Shown here: one piece after another, positions 34,944-49,100 of the stretch
How the letters are laid out: each line of letters opens with the position of its first letter
Position numbering within the stretch: the first letter of the stretch is position 1
From: Lingula anatina
Taxonomy: Eukaryota > Animalia > Brachiopoda
Assembly (NCBI GenBank): GCA_051362555.1
Contig: CM120646.1
Location: 13,330,001-13,394,000, forward strand
Direction: 5' to 3'
DNA length: 64,000 nt
The notes under the pieces: generated by a model
What the model saw: the letters and a program-made list of their open reading frames with translations, nothing else
What the model was told of the DNA's origin: nothing
Database searches by the model: none
Program-made: the position numbers and the translations under genes

Positions 34944-35714
34944 AAAAAAAAAAAAAAAAAAAAAAAAGGTCTCTATCATTAACCGTTCAGAATTAGAGTT
35001 TTCGGTTTCGGCATCTAATGGCTGCTCCTCTGGTGAAAATGCTCCGATTGACCCCAAAATCTAAGCAGTATAGAAACTATGTATATGAGCGGCTGTCAGA
35101 ACTCTACTGGGTCAGGCCTTATAAACGGAATATTGTGTGGTACCCTGTGAGAGGCGTCTCGCCTTTGTATGAGTTTGATCTAGAAAAGCTGGTTTTACGA
35201 GGGACGTTGGTGATTGGTGATTAAGGGGGAGTGGGGGTGTGGTAGTTCATCAAAGGTGTTTCGCCTTTGTCAGTGTGTATCTGCTTGTGCAAATCACTTA
35301 TGTGCCAGGACATCTCGTCTTAACAAGGGTGTCTCGCCTTTGTGTGTGTATCTGCTATGCTTTTCACAATGAAAAACGTCCTCAAGTGTCTCGCTCAAGA
35401 TGATTTCAGTACTTTCAAAAAAGTATCTCGTTTCTGTGGCTGCGGGGCTTAAAGATAAGGGCACAGTGAATGAGGTAGTGAGGACACTTACCTGTGTCTG
35501 CTGTGGTCACTAATGTGAGCTAGGGATTCAAACCAAAAACAAATCAAATTTGTTGATTGCTCAAGAGTCGAATGAGAACTGTTAGGTATTGTTTGGGGGG
35601 GTCCGCTCATGCCTTGGTTAAAATACCTCTTATAAAAATAACACGGTCCAAGGCTGGACCCCTGGGGACGTGGTATTAAACGATATATCTGATCACCTAG
35701 CTAACGCGTCTTTG

Positions 35715-35960
35715 ACTGGGTTCCCATACTAAGATCGATCCATCTGGATCGACCTAACTCCCTGGGGTTTCACGCTAAATTACTGTAAGCTCAAGAGGCT
35801 TAAATGTCTGTCACGCCTACCGAAACAGCTAGGGGTAAAGATAATTACTCCCTAACAGTTTTACTATGCGTGACAGACGTTTAAGCCAGTTAGTTGGATA
35901 GCAATTTAGTCAGACTCTCCAGGGAGATAGATCGATCCAAATATCTGTGGGAATGGTCCC
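35715..35960. mobile_element. Fold-back MITE-like family A copy
   Basis: Shares gatcgatcc, ctgtcacgcctac and gctaggggtaaagataattac with the 15065, 38688 and 39760 copies. Confidence 0.75.
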
Positions 35961-36156
35961 TGTATCACACAAGCGCGCGTAAAATAATGTTAACCGAATA
36001 ACTATACATATCTTGGCTTCTTCGTCCCTAACGTACCCCTGAAATAAAGCACAGACGATGAGCTTATTTTACATACATACCTAGAGATGTTTCGTGACCG
36101 TGGCGCTATGCTGATCATTAAACATGCTGTAGTGAACATGGAGGTTGCGGCCTTAA

Positions 36157-37198
36157 CCCTCAAGAGACCAAGCTATTTTAGTGACTGAAATGACCAAGTG
36201 GGGTCATCTATGACCCCATTGTGCTCTGTACAGGGATCCTTATTATAAAAGGCTGTTGAGGCTTTATCACACCCATACTACTCCCAGGATTTAAGACAAG
36301 TATTTTATAATGATCTAATGTAATACATATTCGGTAATAATACTTTTATTGCATGAAATAACCAAGCACAGATTTTAAGAACAACATTACACCGGTATTT
36401 AGACAGTCCTTGTCAGTTTCCACTTGCAGAAATATTTTTCTTTTTATTTGGCACACTAAATGAAAAAAAAAACATATTACAAAATTACTTTGAGTAAAAA
36501 TATTTTGACTTATGAGATAGCATCCTGCTAACTTCAACAAGAATAATTAGCTGACTTGCTGGGTAGGGAATACCCTAATGCTGGTAAGGAAGTCATACTA
36601 CTCAGTACACATTCAATCAACCTACATGTATGTTACTACCACATCTGTGTATAAAACAAAATCCACACAAACAATTTGTTAATAATATGTATAATATGAA
36701 TAATATGATATTAACATAGATTTCCGAAATTCCCGAAAATTGTAACCGTCAAAATTAGAGACAAATTTATGAGAACAAGTTCCAACAAAGCTACTGAAAT
36801 TAGATTCAGCGATGCACTTTTAGTAACACTTCAAGCATAATCTTCACAAACCAATTATTTGTGCCTATGTTTTGGGCACACTGGTTGGTTGCATGAAGCA
36901 CATGCATGTGACATTTTCCTGTCAGTGTTGCGTGGGCAAAACATTTGAATAAAATTTAAAAAAAAACTAATATTTTAAAACCAATGCTTCTCTTTGGGGT
37001 CATAAATGACCCCACAAGAGTTTGTGATATATACGCCACACTTATGGGTTGATCCCTACAAAAAAAACTGTGAAAGTGTGTAGGATAAGTAGACTGACAA
37101 ACTCATGCAAGGAAAGAAAATTCGAATAAAAAATAAAGAGATGGCACATTAAATCATATGGCTGGGGTCGTAAATGACCCCACTCGGTCACTTGAGGG
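36157..37198. mobile_element. Non-autonomous piggyBac-like element (TTAA TSD)
   Basis: ttaa|ccctcaagagacc ... ggtcacttgaggg|ttaa, with three subterminal palindromes ggggtc-n6-gacccc and no transposase ORF. Confidence 0.85.
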
Positions 37199-37384
37199 TT
37201 AAGCCCGTGCCTATAAATATCCCGCTTCACTCGACATTTTTTGCGTAGCGTCCCTCGGAAAAGAACTCGGTTATAACATCGAAAAAGTCAAGACATTCTC
37301 GACCATATCTCGGTAAAAGTTGTCGAGACCTCTAAAATGCTGAAAGTCGAAGACACAGTTGTAACACATGGGTAATGTTAGTAA

Positions 37385-37608
37385 TACCCCCTTTACACTG
37401 GACGGCGTCCTTTCTGCGTCCTTTTGTGCGACCATGAAATTTGGCATCGCTGTGGTCTTAAAAAGGAGGCACGAGCATTAATTTTGTATCAGAATGAATG
37501 CTCAATGATCGACCAGTTGTCGGCACGTAAAATATTATAATTTTTTAACTCTCAAATGGGGCCGGACTGCTGGACGCAGAAAGGACGCCGTCCAGTGTAA
37601 AGGGGGCT
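37385..37608. mobile_element. PIF/Harbinger-type MITE (TSD TAA)
   Basis: ~34-bp TIR cccctttacactggacggcgtcctttctgcgtcc. A near-identical copy lies at 63601-63823. Confidence 0.88.
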
Positions 37609-38687
37609 TAAGTGACAGCCATGCGTGAATAAAGAGCGGGGAGTGCTTTGTAGAGGAACCGAGCTGATTGACATGCTCTTATGGTATATGGTATGTGATG
37701 TAACGGAAGAGGAGGCCGATAGAGATTGCATGGGGTAGAAACAGAAATGAAGAAAGCGGCGCGGGTAACAACTGGAAAGTAGTTTTAATCTTTTTTTATT
37801 ATTTATTTAAAAATAAATAATAAAAAAAGATTATAACTGAGTTGTATTTGCTACCTCGCGTAACATCAGCAAAAGATATAGTCAACAACTTCGTTACACA
37901 TGCAACTCTTTTCTTGACGAAACCGCAGGAATTGGTGAGGATTCCTGAGGCATGGAGCCTTCTTTGAACAATTCTTTTTCTATTCTCAGCCTGCAACTTG
38001 CGTGATCACTGCAAAGCTAACTCGCTGCACGGTTCAAATCCCTTAAGCTTTGACAGTATAAATAGACGTCTTGTTGTGAACCGTCTAAAACGACTTTAAC
38101 TTTAATTTATAACTGTACTGAATTTCAGTGTATCAATTTCCATTAACGAATTAACTAAGCTATGGGCACCGACATGACTCCAGATTCGACTCAGTCTTTC
38201 ACTTTACCTGCACAGAGAAGCATAACAGAATCACCTTACATCTTCAGTCTCAAGTCTAAAAGTGTCTTTATTATGTGCATGCATTCAAATTTTATACATA
38301 TTATCTACAGTGGATCTATGCGTACGAATGGCTGCTACTTATTTACATACTAATTGATGTGCAATATTAACAGGTGATATGCATCTGTCTCAGGCATAGG
38401 CCTACCTACGGGCCTCTACAGAAAATAATATTTATGTATGCAGGACAGACGCAAATTAGACAATAAAATGTTGACTATTTTGATTATACAATGTGGAATT
38501 GGTGCAGGATTCCACAGTCTGTCGTCTCTGTCATTATAGCCTTCTTCGGGTGGTCACTTCGGGGCATAGCCAGTGTCCTCCATCCTTCTGTAAACCCTGC
38601 ATATAAAGTCTGACCAGACACATGAAGTCTGACCATATCTGTCGGCTATCTGGGAAACATCTAGACGGCATACTTCTTCCCACAGAG

Positions 38688-38925
38688 GGACCATTTCCAA
38701 ACCCTAGCGTACTAACTGTGGATCGATCTATCTCCAAGTGGGGATTCTCGCTAAATTGCAATCAACTTAAGCGGGTTAGATGTCTGTCACGCCTACTGAA
38801 GCTACCAGGGGGTAATAAATTATCGTACCAGACATTAAAGCCACTTAAGCTGAGAGCAATTTAGCGAGAAGAACCTTGGAGATGGATCGATCCTGTTAGA
38901 TCGTTCTAGGCATGGAAAGCCAGTC
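38688..38925. mobile_element. Fold-back MITE-like family A copy
   Basis: ggatcgatctatctccaag..ttctcgctaaattgc / gcaatttagcgagaa..cttggagatggatcgatcc. Confidence 0.75.
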
Positions 38926-39273
38926 AAAGGAACAATTTATTTTCTTTCGCCATTTGTGGGACCAAATCACACACTGAACGAGGTCAACAAATCCCTTTCA
39001 GAAATGCATGCTCTATGAATTCTGTTTTTTGAAAACTGACAATGTTAACCTCTCCACTATAAGACCGCCACCTCCGCTCGAAAGCGACCCCCTCCCCCCC
39101 TCTCACCATCCATAAATGGCAGGTACAATATCACTTCTTGGGTTTGAACACTCGCCAGTCATTATAGTTAGGACAGGACAGGGTTTCAACAAAGCTGCTT
39201 AAGACGTGCGTGGCACATATATAATACATATCCTTCCCTGCGCTTTTGACGAGTCCCCCGCGTATGGAAATAA

Positions 39274-39385
39274 ATGGCCACAACAGTACCCAAATTAAAA
39301 ACTGTATTGTGCCTATCTGAACTTCGTCCGGTGGCACCAACTTCTGCTCCTATGAAAATCTTCGAGAAGCTGGCGTTATCACCCA
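39274..39385 (+). mobile_element. LINE (Rex1/L2/CR1-like) ORF2 reverse-transcriptase fragment
   Basis: VPKLKTVLCLSELRPVAPTSAPMKIFEKL matches the conserved PK...(D)YRP(V/I)ALTS..MK.FE(K/R)L motif at the start of non-LTR RT domains. Confidence 0.7.
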
Positions 39386-39759
39386 TTGTATATATAAAAA
39401 CAACTAGACCCGGAGATTCGGTTACCAAAACAACTGGAATATTCGATGCCTTGTGGTGTTTATTTATTTGCTTGGAATTTATTAATGTTATTCACTTTTG
39501 TTAAGCCTGTGCGTACATTGAATGTGTACTAGTACAAAATAATGCATTACTGTAAGAAATTTAATTTGACCTTAGTAGCTGTATTTTGCACTGTAAATAT
39601 ATAATTCCCACTGCATTTTAATGGCTGTTGTTGATTTTGTAATAAACTTTTTTATAATTTAAAATCAAATGACCTTTAAAGCGCTTTCCTGGTGGTAACA
39701 CAACCAAATATCTTAATATTTCAAGAAAATATTTTAATATTTTAAGAAAAAATGAGACC

Positions 39760-39910
39760 TGTCACCCTACCGAATCAGCTAGGGGGTAAAGATAATTACC
39801 CCCTAACACTTTTACTGGGCGTGACAGACATTTAAGCCGGTTAAGTTGATAGCAATTATGGATACTCCCCAGGGAGATAGATCGATCCAAATATCTGTGT
39901 AAATGGTCCT
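39760..39910. mobile_element. Partial family A copy
   Basis: Matches 35808-35960. Confidence 0.7.
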
Positions 39911-41959
39911 TTATAGTTATAGTATAGTATTCCTTCTATCTTAATTTTTTATATAAATGCGGTGAATTAGCCCCGCATTCTTTTACATTTTTGATTATGA
40001 AACACCTATCAACATTCCACCCAGGTTTTTAAGTATTGATTGATGGTTACAAAACCAAATCTTCACATTTTATGAAGAAAAAAAGAGACCTACTTGCTGA
40101 GGCTTTCTGTCTTTTGTCGCTGACTGGTATGGCTTCACTTCTATATACTTAGTTAAAATATACCTCCATATTATTTCGCACATTAAGAATGCAATGCGGG
40201 AAACAGCCGTTTTTCAGAAATGAATTATTAAAGTGTTTGACTCGCCAATGTTGGAAAAACTGTCACTGTAAATTAAATTGAACTGTCCATCTCCTGCGGC
40301 TGTCCAATCCCCAAGTGCACTAAAATATTTATGGTTTTCAATCCCCCCCCCCCCCAAGTATCAAGCAGTTTGAATCATCCTTCCCCCCCCCCCCCCATGG
40401 ACAGCCCCCCGCTTACACGTATAGGCCCATTTTATAAATATCCAAAGGCCCTACGCAGTTCTCTTAAGATAGGTCCATTGATTCCCAGTTTCAATGGGAA
40501 TAACGAGACAGCAAACCCGTAAATGTACAGATAGGAAAAAAAACGATGCACAAAATAGGTTTTGCCAACTTGATTCAACATTAAAAGACAAACTGCACAC
40601 GAGTTAACATGGACAATCAGAATATGTCAATAGGGCTTTAGGTGCATGAGATTTTAAAGCCAAACATGAAAAACAAACTAATCAGCTTGATTTTCCACCT
40701 CAAGCTGTATTTTAGCCCTAAGAATCATTCTGGTGAGTCTATGTACAGTAAGTAACAAATTAGAAGATGTGAAGATGAATAAAAAAAGTTGTAAATCCAA
40801 AATTGTCTTTCATACAGATCAATCTTTATTGAGACATGATAGCAATAAAACTGTTGAAAATGAAAATTACTACATATGAAAAGATATGTAGAATTAACAA
40901 GTCTTGAGCACAATGAAGCCTACATGCTCTCTTTGAAACTCCTTTATATTATAGATCATTACAAATCTTGAATAAAATGGAGAATACCGTACTATGAATG
41001 AGTATAAGTCTATCAAACTGTGGATTTCTTATGTAAACTGATTTGATCGTTGAACACTTGATGAAAGCTATACCAAACTCTATAAACAAACTGGTGTCAG
41101 AAAGATTTTTATCACATTTTTGCCATAAGTTTTTTTTTTTTACACCATTCCAAGTTATTTTCATCACATAATATCACTTATTTTACAAACTGCTCTTTTT
41201 TGTTCCCAAATGCACATCATCACAAACATGATTTTAATAATTTAAAAATACATTACATTACAACACACTATTCTAAATGATAAACAATTCATATTCAGAT
41301 GCCTCATTAAAATATCTTTAAAATGCACTCTGTATGAATATAGAAAATTAGTGATCAACAAGCAAAGTTTCCTCTTGCAAACTGACTTGTCTTTGTTTAA
41401 AACGTGAACTTAGTCATCATAAAAGCTATCTTCATCATGAAAGAAAAATATCAATTACATTTGAAACAAGAGAAACTTTAAAGTTGCAATTTCAAAAAGT
41501 CAATTCAAGGCACTCAACTGGCATAGTGTGATTATAAAAAATAAAATGAACTGTTTCCTTTGCAATCAATTGAAAAAATATTTAAAAAATTAATAATTAA
41601 GAAAAAGAGCTACCAGGCAAGGTATCACAGAGGACACTGCACATTATAATTATGCCGCAACTCTTATAGTTGGCTATTGTAAAATTGTCCAATAGTATTG
41701 CAATATCCCTCTCGACCAGCAGATTAACAAAACAGTGGATACTACAAATGAATTCCCTTTTACCAGTGGTTTTATTCAATTCCTCATCAAACTGTTATGG
41801 CCAAATAAAACCATGATAAAGCCAGCTTTCAGTTGTCTGTCTTGCTTTTTTACTTACACCAAATTAATAAAAAAAGCCTGAGGCTGAACATCCGGCATAA
41901 GTGTGTGTGGTGTCAAAAAGATCTGAATTTAGAGGGGATTCACAGTAGATGATCTTCGG

Positions 41960-42146
41960 ATTAAATATGGCGTTCCCTACATGAAAGCAGAGGTGACTAA
42001 TCCACTGATGTTCTCCCTGCCTCCACACGCGCTGTCCCTGCAGAGGTCTAGCAATTAAACCTCAGAGCCTTGATTAAATCTGTTTAATGGGGTGTGCGAC
42101 GGCAGGGAGACCAGCAGCGGATTAGTTGGCTCTGCTTTCATGTAGT
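41960..42146. mobile_element. Degenerate MITE related to the 54704-54954 element
   Basis: Inverted arms ctacatgaaagcagag..ctaatcc / ggattag..ctctgctttcatgtag. Shares taaatatggcg..tacatgaaag..gtccctgc with the 54.7-kb element. Confidence 0.6.
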
Positions 42147-43109
42147 TATACCACAGTGAACATAGCAAAGAAAAGAAAATAATATTAGTGAGCAACATCT
42201 GTCACCTTTGACAATTTCACTTTAAATATACAGTTCAACTACTTAAAAAATGACCATGATTGAAGATAGAAATTTGAAACAGAAATATTGATAAAATATA
42301 CATATATCAACTCTTCAAAGATTTTCTTGACTTTCATGAGCTAGTCCTTGCAGCACTGTGAAAGCAGTCCTGAAAAATAAAACAAACTCTAGATTAATGA
42401 AGTCACTCAACTGCAGAAATTAGGTATATAATCTTATTCGCCTATAGAATGACAGTTTCATTGACTGTTGTTAAATTGCTTTTCAATTATATATTTTCAT
42501 GATGATATCTGCCACATAAGAGATTATACTAGTGCCATCTTCTCAAGGTTACAAGTACTAGACAACTCCCACAGACTCTGAGACTTAGACTCTGAGACTT
42601 AGTCGACTAAGTTGCATTATACAAAGCTTTTACAAAACTACTCATTATCTCATTTTTTCCATCTGTTAACTGGAATTTTTGAGCAAATTGTGACTGTTTC
42701 AAATAAGGTTTTTACACTGTCATTGTTTACCAGGGCCCATTTAGGTATGTTAAACACATTCATTGTAGGCTTGTCATTCTTAAAAGCTTCATCTGACTAT
42801 ATATCCTGGGCTACCATGAGTCCAAAAACTGTACAATTTTTGTGGAACAAGCCTCTGGACTAATTAATGAAAAATTAAAACAATTACTGTAATGTGACAC
42901 TATAAATTAAATGAGTAAACAACAGACCTAGGTGCCCCATAGTAACTGTTACTTTTTCCCTTAAATTGGCTCAATTTATTTATCACATTCAACTACTAGT
43001 TTTAGTTACTCATTGGCCTAACTCTATGACAAGTGAATTCCATAACAAATGTTGAATCATAAAATAATAATAATAATAATGCATTCTTACCAAAAAATAT
43101 ATATATATG

Positions 43110-46100
43110 CTATGATTCTAGCGTGTTCAGATAGTTAATCCGTTGATTGAAGTACTTAAAGAAATCCATAAGGACCCCTGACATGGCCTGGTCTATTAAG
43201 TAGGTAGGTAACCAACCCTGGAAGGTACAAAATTGAGCACAATATAAAACTGACTTATTGTAAGTCATAATCACATCAGAAAGTTAATTAATTTTAATTC
43301 ATTCTGAATTATCAAAATAATTCAGACGACAGACAGGCATGTGGGAAGTTGAAGATATGTGCATAAATGTGCAAGCAAGCACACCACACACATACTAGTA
43401 CACACAGTCTGACACCAATACTCACATACCCCCATAAAGAGACAAATATACACATTATTAGAGATAGATAAACATATGCACACATGCACATACAAAAACA
43501 GTAAGAGAGAGAGAGAGAGTTGGAGAGTTAAAAAAACACATATATATATTTCTTTTTAAAACCCCTAATGGCAAGCTTACCTTGAGATTTGTATTAACTA
43601 TCCAGACAAATTCACTTTTATTTGGGTCCCCAAGGACTGCTTTGAACACCCAGCACCCTGGACCATTTTCACCTCTGAAAAATACACACAGGACAATTGT
43701 TTCAAATTTAAAACAAATATACCCCTTACCATCTTTTTTACCCCTGTCCCAATAGATCTCAATGAATAGATCTCAATGCAAAGAGTCTCAAGAAGTACAC
43801 AACTGTGTAAAAAAAAAAAAAAAAAAAATTCAACCTCTCACCTTACGTATTTTTTCTGCTCTGGCATGTCTGGGTGGGTCACCCCTTTGGAGACTGAAAT
43901 CATCATGCCGTTCACCTCTTTCCAACATCGTAAGTTGACAAAGTCCCTGGCCGACACCATGCCCCCAGCTGCCTCGGCAGCTATATTATACAACACATCT
44001 GTGTGCTCGTCTATTACCTGCAGAATCTGGGGAGAAAAAGAGATTGAGTCAGAGTCAAATTATCAGACATGAGCCTCAGTTAAAATAAAAACCTTTCTGA
44101 ACATTTCCAGTGAAACCAAAAACTTTATCTTGATGGATTTTTGGAATGACCATAATGTAAAATAAAAATTTTGGAATTCTGTAATCACACAGAAAAATGT
44201 TCATGTCTCAGATGTGGTGATTAACACTTAAAAATGTAAAAAAAATTAAAATCCCTTTTTAAATGAACAGATTTTTCATGATTTTCCTCTTGCCAGCAGT
44301 TTCAAGTATTAATTTTAACTCAGAGATTTAATGTGCATTACTGATTTCAGTTTTTATAATTTCAATAGCTCTTACCTAACATAAAATTTTTCACGTGTTT
44401 TTTTTCATTAATTTACCTAAACAAAGTATTATTATTATCAGTGAACGCAGACAAGAACATGGAATTTAACAGAGAATAATGCAATATTTGAGGCAATTGA
44501 GTTGTCATCTTCATCAACATCCACAAAGGTAAAAAAAACATCCCAATTCATATCCAAAGTTGACAAGACAGATAAATTTATTTTATTTTACTCACCTTGC
44601 TTTCCAAAACTGTTGGATTCCACGCAGGTGAATCTTCTGTGTTAAAATATATTTCTTCAAAACCTTTCTGTGGAGTGGTATTAACTACACCCTAGAACAA
44701 AACATAATAAATATTATGTTCACTTTCATTTGTCATTTCTTCAGTTCAGAAAGCTGACAAATCAAGACCTCCACCACAAAAACTGACTGAACTTTATTAT
44801 GACTTACATGTACAAATATGCAGTTTCTAATTCTATACTATTTAAATCGATTTCTTAAAATCAATTTTTGCTTTTATTCATTTATAGTTTGTGTTATTTT
44901 AACTGTAATGTAAATTAAATATCAATATTATTATTATTATTACCAAAAGATTTACACCTGTAGTAGTTGTTTTTTAAGAATCAACTATTTATCTTCATAT
45001 CCAGTTGTACACAAAACACTGTGAATGTTTTTATTCAAACCCCATGTGAAACAAAGGCGATACTTAAATTTTAAAACAAACAGAGGGTTTTCTTGACAAA
45101 TATCTGTATAATTTTATAAAGTGTACAAAAAATCTACATATCTGACATCCACTGTATAGTACATATTTTTTCTAGAAAAGAAGATTTTCTGAAAGGGCAA
45201 TTTTTACTTCAGATCTGTTATTTAAAGTCAGTCAACTGTATCCCTTACTTTGAGCTTGAAAAATTTTCCTCCCAATTCGGGAAGTTGTTTACTGTAGACA
45301 CAACCCGAGGAAAGATCCTTCTCATCTCCATTATCCAGCTTCCATCCTTCCTCATTCTCGTATAACTGCATCGCCGTGGCAAAAAGGCCTCCAGCTAATC
45401 TCTGGTACTCTTGTTCCTGGTGGAGAAAAAAAGGAGTAAAATTATAAACCTTTCTTATACATTAACATTGATCTCAAAATGTAATATACATGATAAACAC
45501 TTTTACAATGAATTAAAATGGTAATTTTTAATCTGTTAACTTGTTATTGTTCATTTGCCCAGTACAACAAGCTAAAATCATAAATCATGAACATTTCTTT
45601 CTCTATGACCTTTTTTCAGACAACAGTCTGGGTTTTGAAAAAATAACTGATCATTTAGTGTGGGACAAAACACTTAGTAATCGTTGGCTCAGTTCCCAGA
45701 ACTGAATGAAAAATTGCAGAATTGTGTGATTTCCCCCAGCCCGCCCTCCAAAAAAGTCTCAGAGTCTGTATATTCCCAAATTTCAAATATTGTCAACAGT
45801 TTGGTCTTTATGAGTATAACTTTATAAGTTTGCCTTCTGACACAAGATACGCCATTTACAGTTTAAGCTGTTCGGGTAAGAACTCAAACTTAAACTACCT
45901 GTGATCCTAACGAAAGCTGGTTGGAATTTCTACTTGAAGCTCTGCTGTTGACCGATGACGGTGGTATTGAATGGTACCTTTTACTGCCTTCTTCATCATC
46001 TGAATCTGAAAGTAAAATAAATAGATTAAATAAATAAAATAATTTTACTTATTAATCAATCAAAATAAATCAAAGCAAATTAATAAGTAATAATTCAAAG

Positions 46101-49100
46101 CCAGTTAAAATTGCTGTGAAAAATATCAGTGAATTAATTATGATATCCATACTAGTATTTATTTTTCACTGAAAAAGCAACAGATGTCTGCAGACAGCCA
46201 GGGGCTGGACAGGTCATCAACAAACCTATGTGCACTTGTCACTAGATGCCTTAATACCCTGTTGTAATGGATTCAAATAACAATTGTTTCCATTTCCTCT
46301 GTCAGATCTATACAGATTTCTACAGAATTCAAGCACCCACACCAATATCCAGAAAGTGGTAATAATTCAGTTTATTTGGACAGCATCAATTATTTCCCAT
46401 CACAAAATTTGTTTGGTAAGTAAACTTAAAAACATTGACTCCAAAGATTTTTTAAGTTGGTTGGCTGTTGTGTCTGAAAGTGATATTAAATATTCAAAAA
46501 GTGAAATATTAGCAAATGTCAGGTTTTTGAAAATTCCCAGTTATTACGTCCCATAGTCATTATACGGATAAATTCTATTTACAGGGATGAGACTGTCATT
46601 CAGTGAAAATGGCAGAAAATATGGCATGGGGTCAAGGGAAACGCCTAGATCAATGATATTTTTGACTGCTAAAAAGTCGGAAAAATCTCATCCCTGAACT
46701 TAAGTCCTATATGATGTCAATTTTTCAGTCACAGCCACAATAAAGTTACTCACCATGCGGGGTATGATATGGAGAATAGTACTGGTCATTAGTTTCAGTG
46801 CCACCTATACTTCTGTGGTCGCCACGACCCAGGAGAGACGTTCTCTCATCTAGTACAGCACCTCTTGCTTCAATCTCAGCTGGAAGTAAACAAGTTAACA
46901 CAGTTAAGCAAATTTATGATTATGATAACACATCTGATATGGGGTGGGGATTGGGGGGGGGGGACTGTCAACATCCACAGTCAATTTTGGAAAGGTGCTG
47001 GATTGAACAGCTACTGCAATCAGACTGCATGCTATGAACTTCTAATCTTACCATACAAAATATCTACAGCAAACAACTTTCATTTTCCTTCACAGAATCA
47101 ACTCAAGGTCACAAAGTCAGAATTGCACGCTATGAACTTCTAATCTTACTATACAAAATACTGACAGCAAACAACTATTATGATTTTCTTACAGAATCAA
47201 CTACAGCTCACGAACCTCGCTTTTCCTCAGGTAAAACCCTGAAATCCAGAAACCAGCATTCTACCCAGGCCACCACAAAGGAAATTATGATAAGAACGTA
47301 GTCTAGAGTGTTCTGTCCACTGCCTAGGTCCTTATTGAACTGGAACAGACATAATAAGTTATGAAAAAATTTATATTAAAAAAATCATAATAAGTAATGA
47401 AAAATTTTATATAAAAAAAAATCATAAAAATTAAAGAAAAATTTTATATTAAAAAAATCAAACTAAGTAATGAAAAATTTTGTATAAAAAATCATAATAA
47501 GTAATGAAAAATTTTATAATAAATCATATGCCACTACTAAACAGTAATTAAAATGAGTACTGATTTCAGACAGAAATAATTATCGACAACAAAATTTTAT
47601 TTTATTATAAACTGTAAAGGCTGGCTAGGTCCTCCTTAAACTTGAATACACGTAATAGGTAATGAAAATAATATACATCAAAAATCATATTACTTTACGG
47701 AATTTAAAATGAGCACCGATTTCAGACATTAAGAATCTACAGCAAAAGTTTATTTTATTATAAATTGTAGGAGTCTCACATTGAACATGAACACTTTTAT
47801 CAGTAGAAATACACAGGTGCCAAATGTTGTTAACTGAAATGTAAAAACAAACAATTATAAATATAAACTGTAATAAAATTGAAGTGCTGTGTTTATGCAT
47901 ATGTCAAGCTCAACCTAACAACAATGGTAAATCCATATTGATGACTGAATGAAAATGGTAATTTGGACTAACTTTTTTTCAAATTTTTAATTAAAAAATA
48001 CAAAGAAATAATTATTTCAAAAATTTCACTAGTGTTGTTCTATGTTGTCCCTGTGCAGTTTCCCTATCACTTATAATAACTTTTTTTCCCAATCATTTCA
48101 CCTTCAAGTACCCCAACAGTTTTAAATGACAAATTTACCAATAATAAAGACAAGGCTAAATGAAGAAAAAACCTTTCCACTACAAAAGAGGACTGTACAG
48201 AAGTTGAAGAAATAAGAGAGAGAGAGATGAAGGAAATAAGCAAAAAGTGAATTACTAACAGAGAGAAATGAAGAAAAATAGCTAAAGACAATATTTTCTA
48301 ATCATACAAAATAAAGACTTACTGCCACCAGCCATGGGTTTCTCATATTCAGTGCAGCATATGAAAAGATGAGGACTAGAAAACGCCAAAATGATAACAA
48401 CTGCAAGACAAAAATACAAATTACCTGTTAAAACTGTATTTAGATTGCATTTCACATTTTCTTACAGGAAAAGCAAAAAAATAAAAATAAAGTAATACTT
48501 TAAGCTAACTTGTTACTTTTATTATGTAACATGTATTCAAGCATTTTTACTTACAGGAATGTCAAATAATGACTGCTTAAAATCATATCCTTCCACTTCT
48601 TTCATAAAACGCTTTGAAAAAGTCCCTGCATATGTAGACAGCTGAAAGCATCAAAGATAATGAAAGAAATGTCACTCTCATGGGTGAAAGATGTGAAAAC
48701 TGATCATCCTGAAAACGTAGCTTGCAATTTCTTATCACATTTAGGCCTAAAAAAAAAAAAAAAAAAAAAAATGAAGACTGAAAATCCTGAAATCAGGCAC
48801 AGTCCTGAAAACTTTCATGCATGCATTCTGTGCATAAACAGAGAAGGTTGGTGTACACACACACATACACTATTACTACAGAGGCAGATTTAGGCCGTCT
48901 TCCGGGTCTTCTAGAAGACGGTCAGATTTTCAAGTTTACATAGACGGGTATCTAATTTTTCTGTCGGAAGACAGTCAAAAATGAGGTTGGATCGATGAAG
49001 ATAATTTGGAAGACTGTCAGAAAATATATCTGGATCCGCCCCTGTACTAGATGGCGCCACTTTATGAGCTCTCCCAGCAGAGTGTAGTCATGCAATTCAT

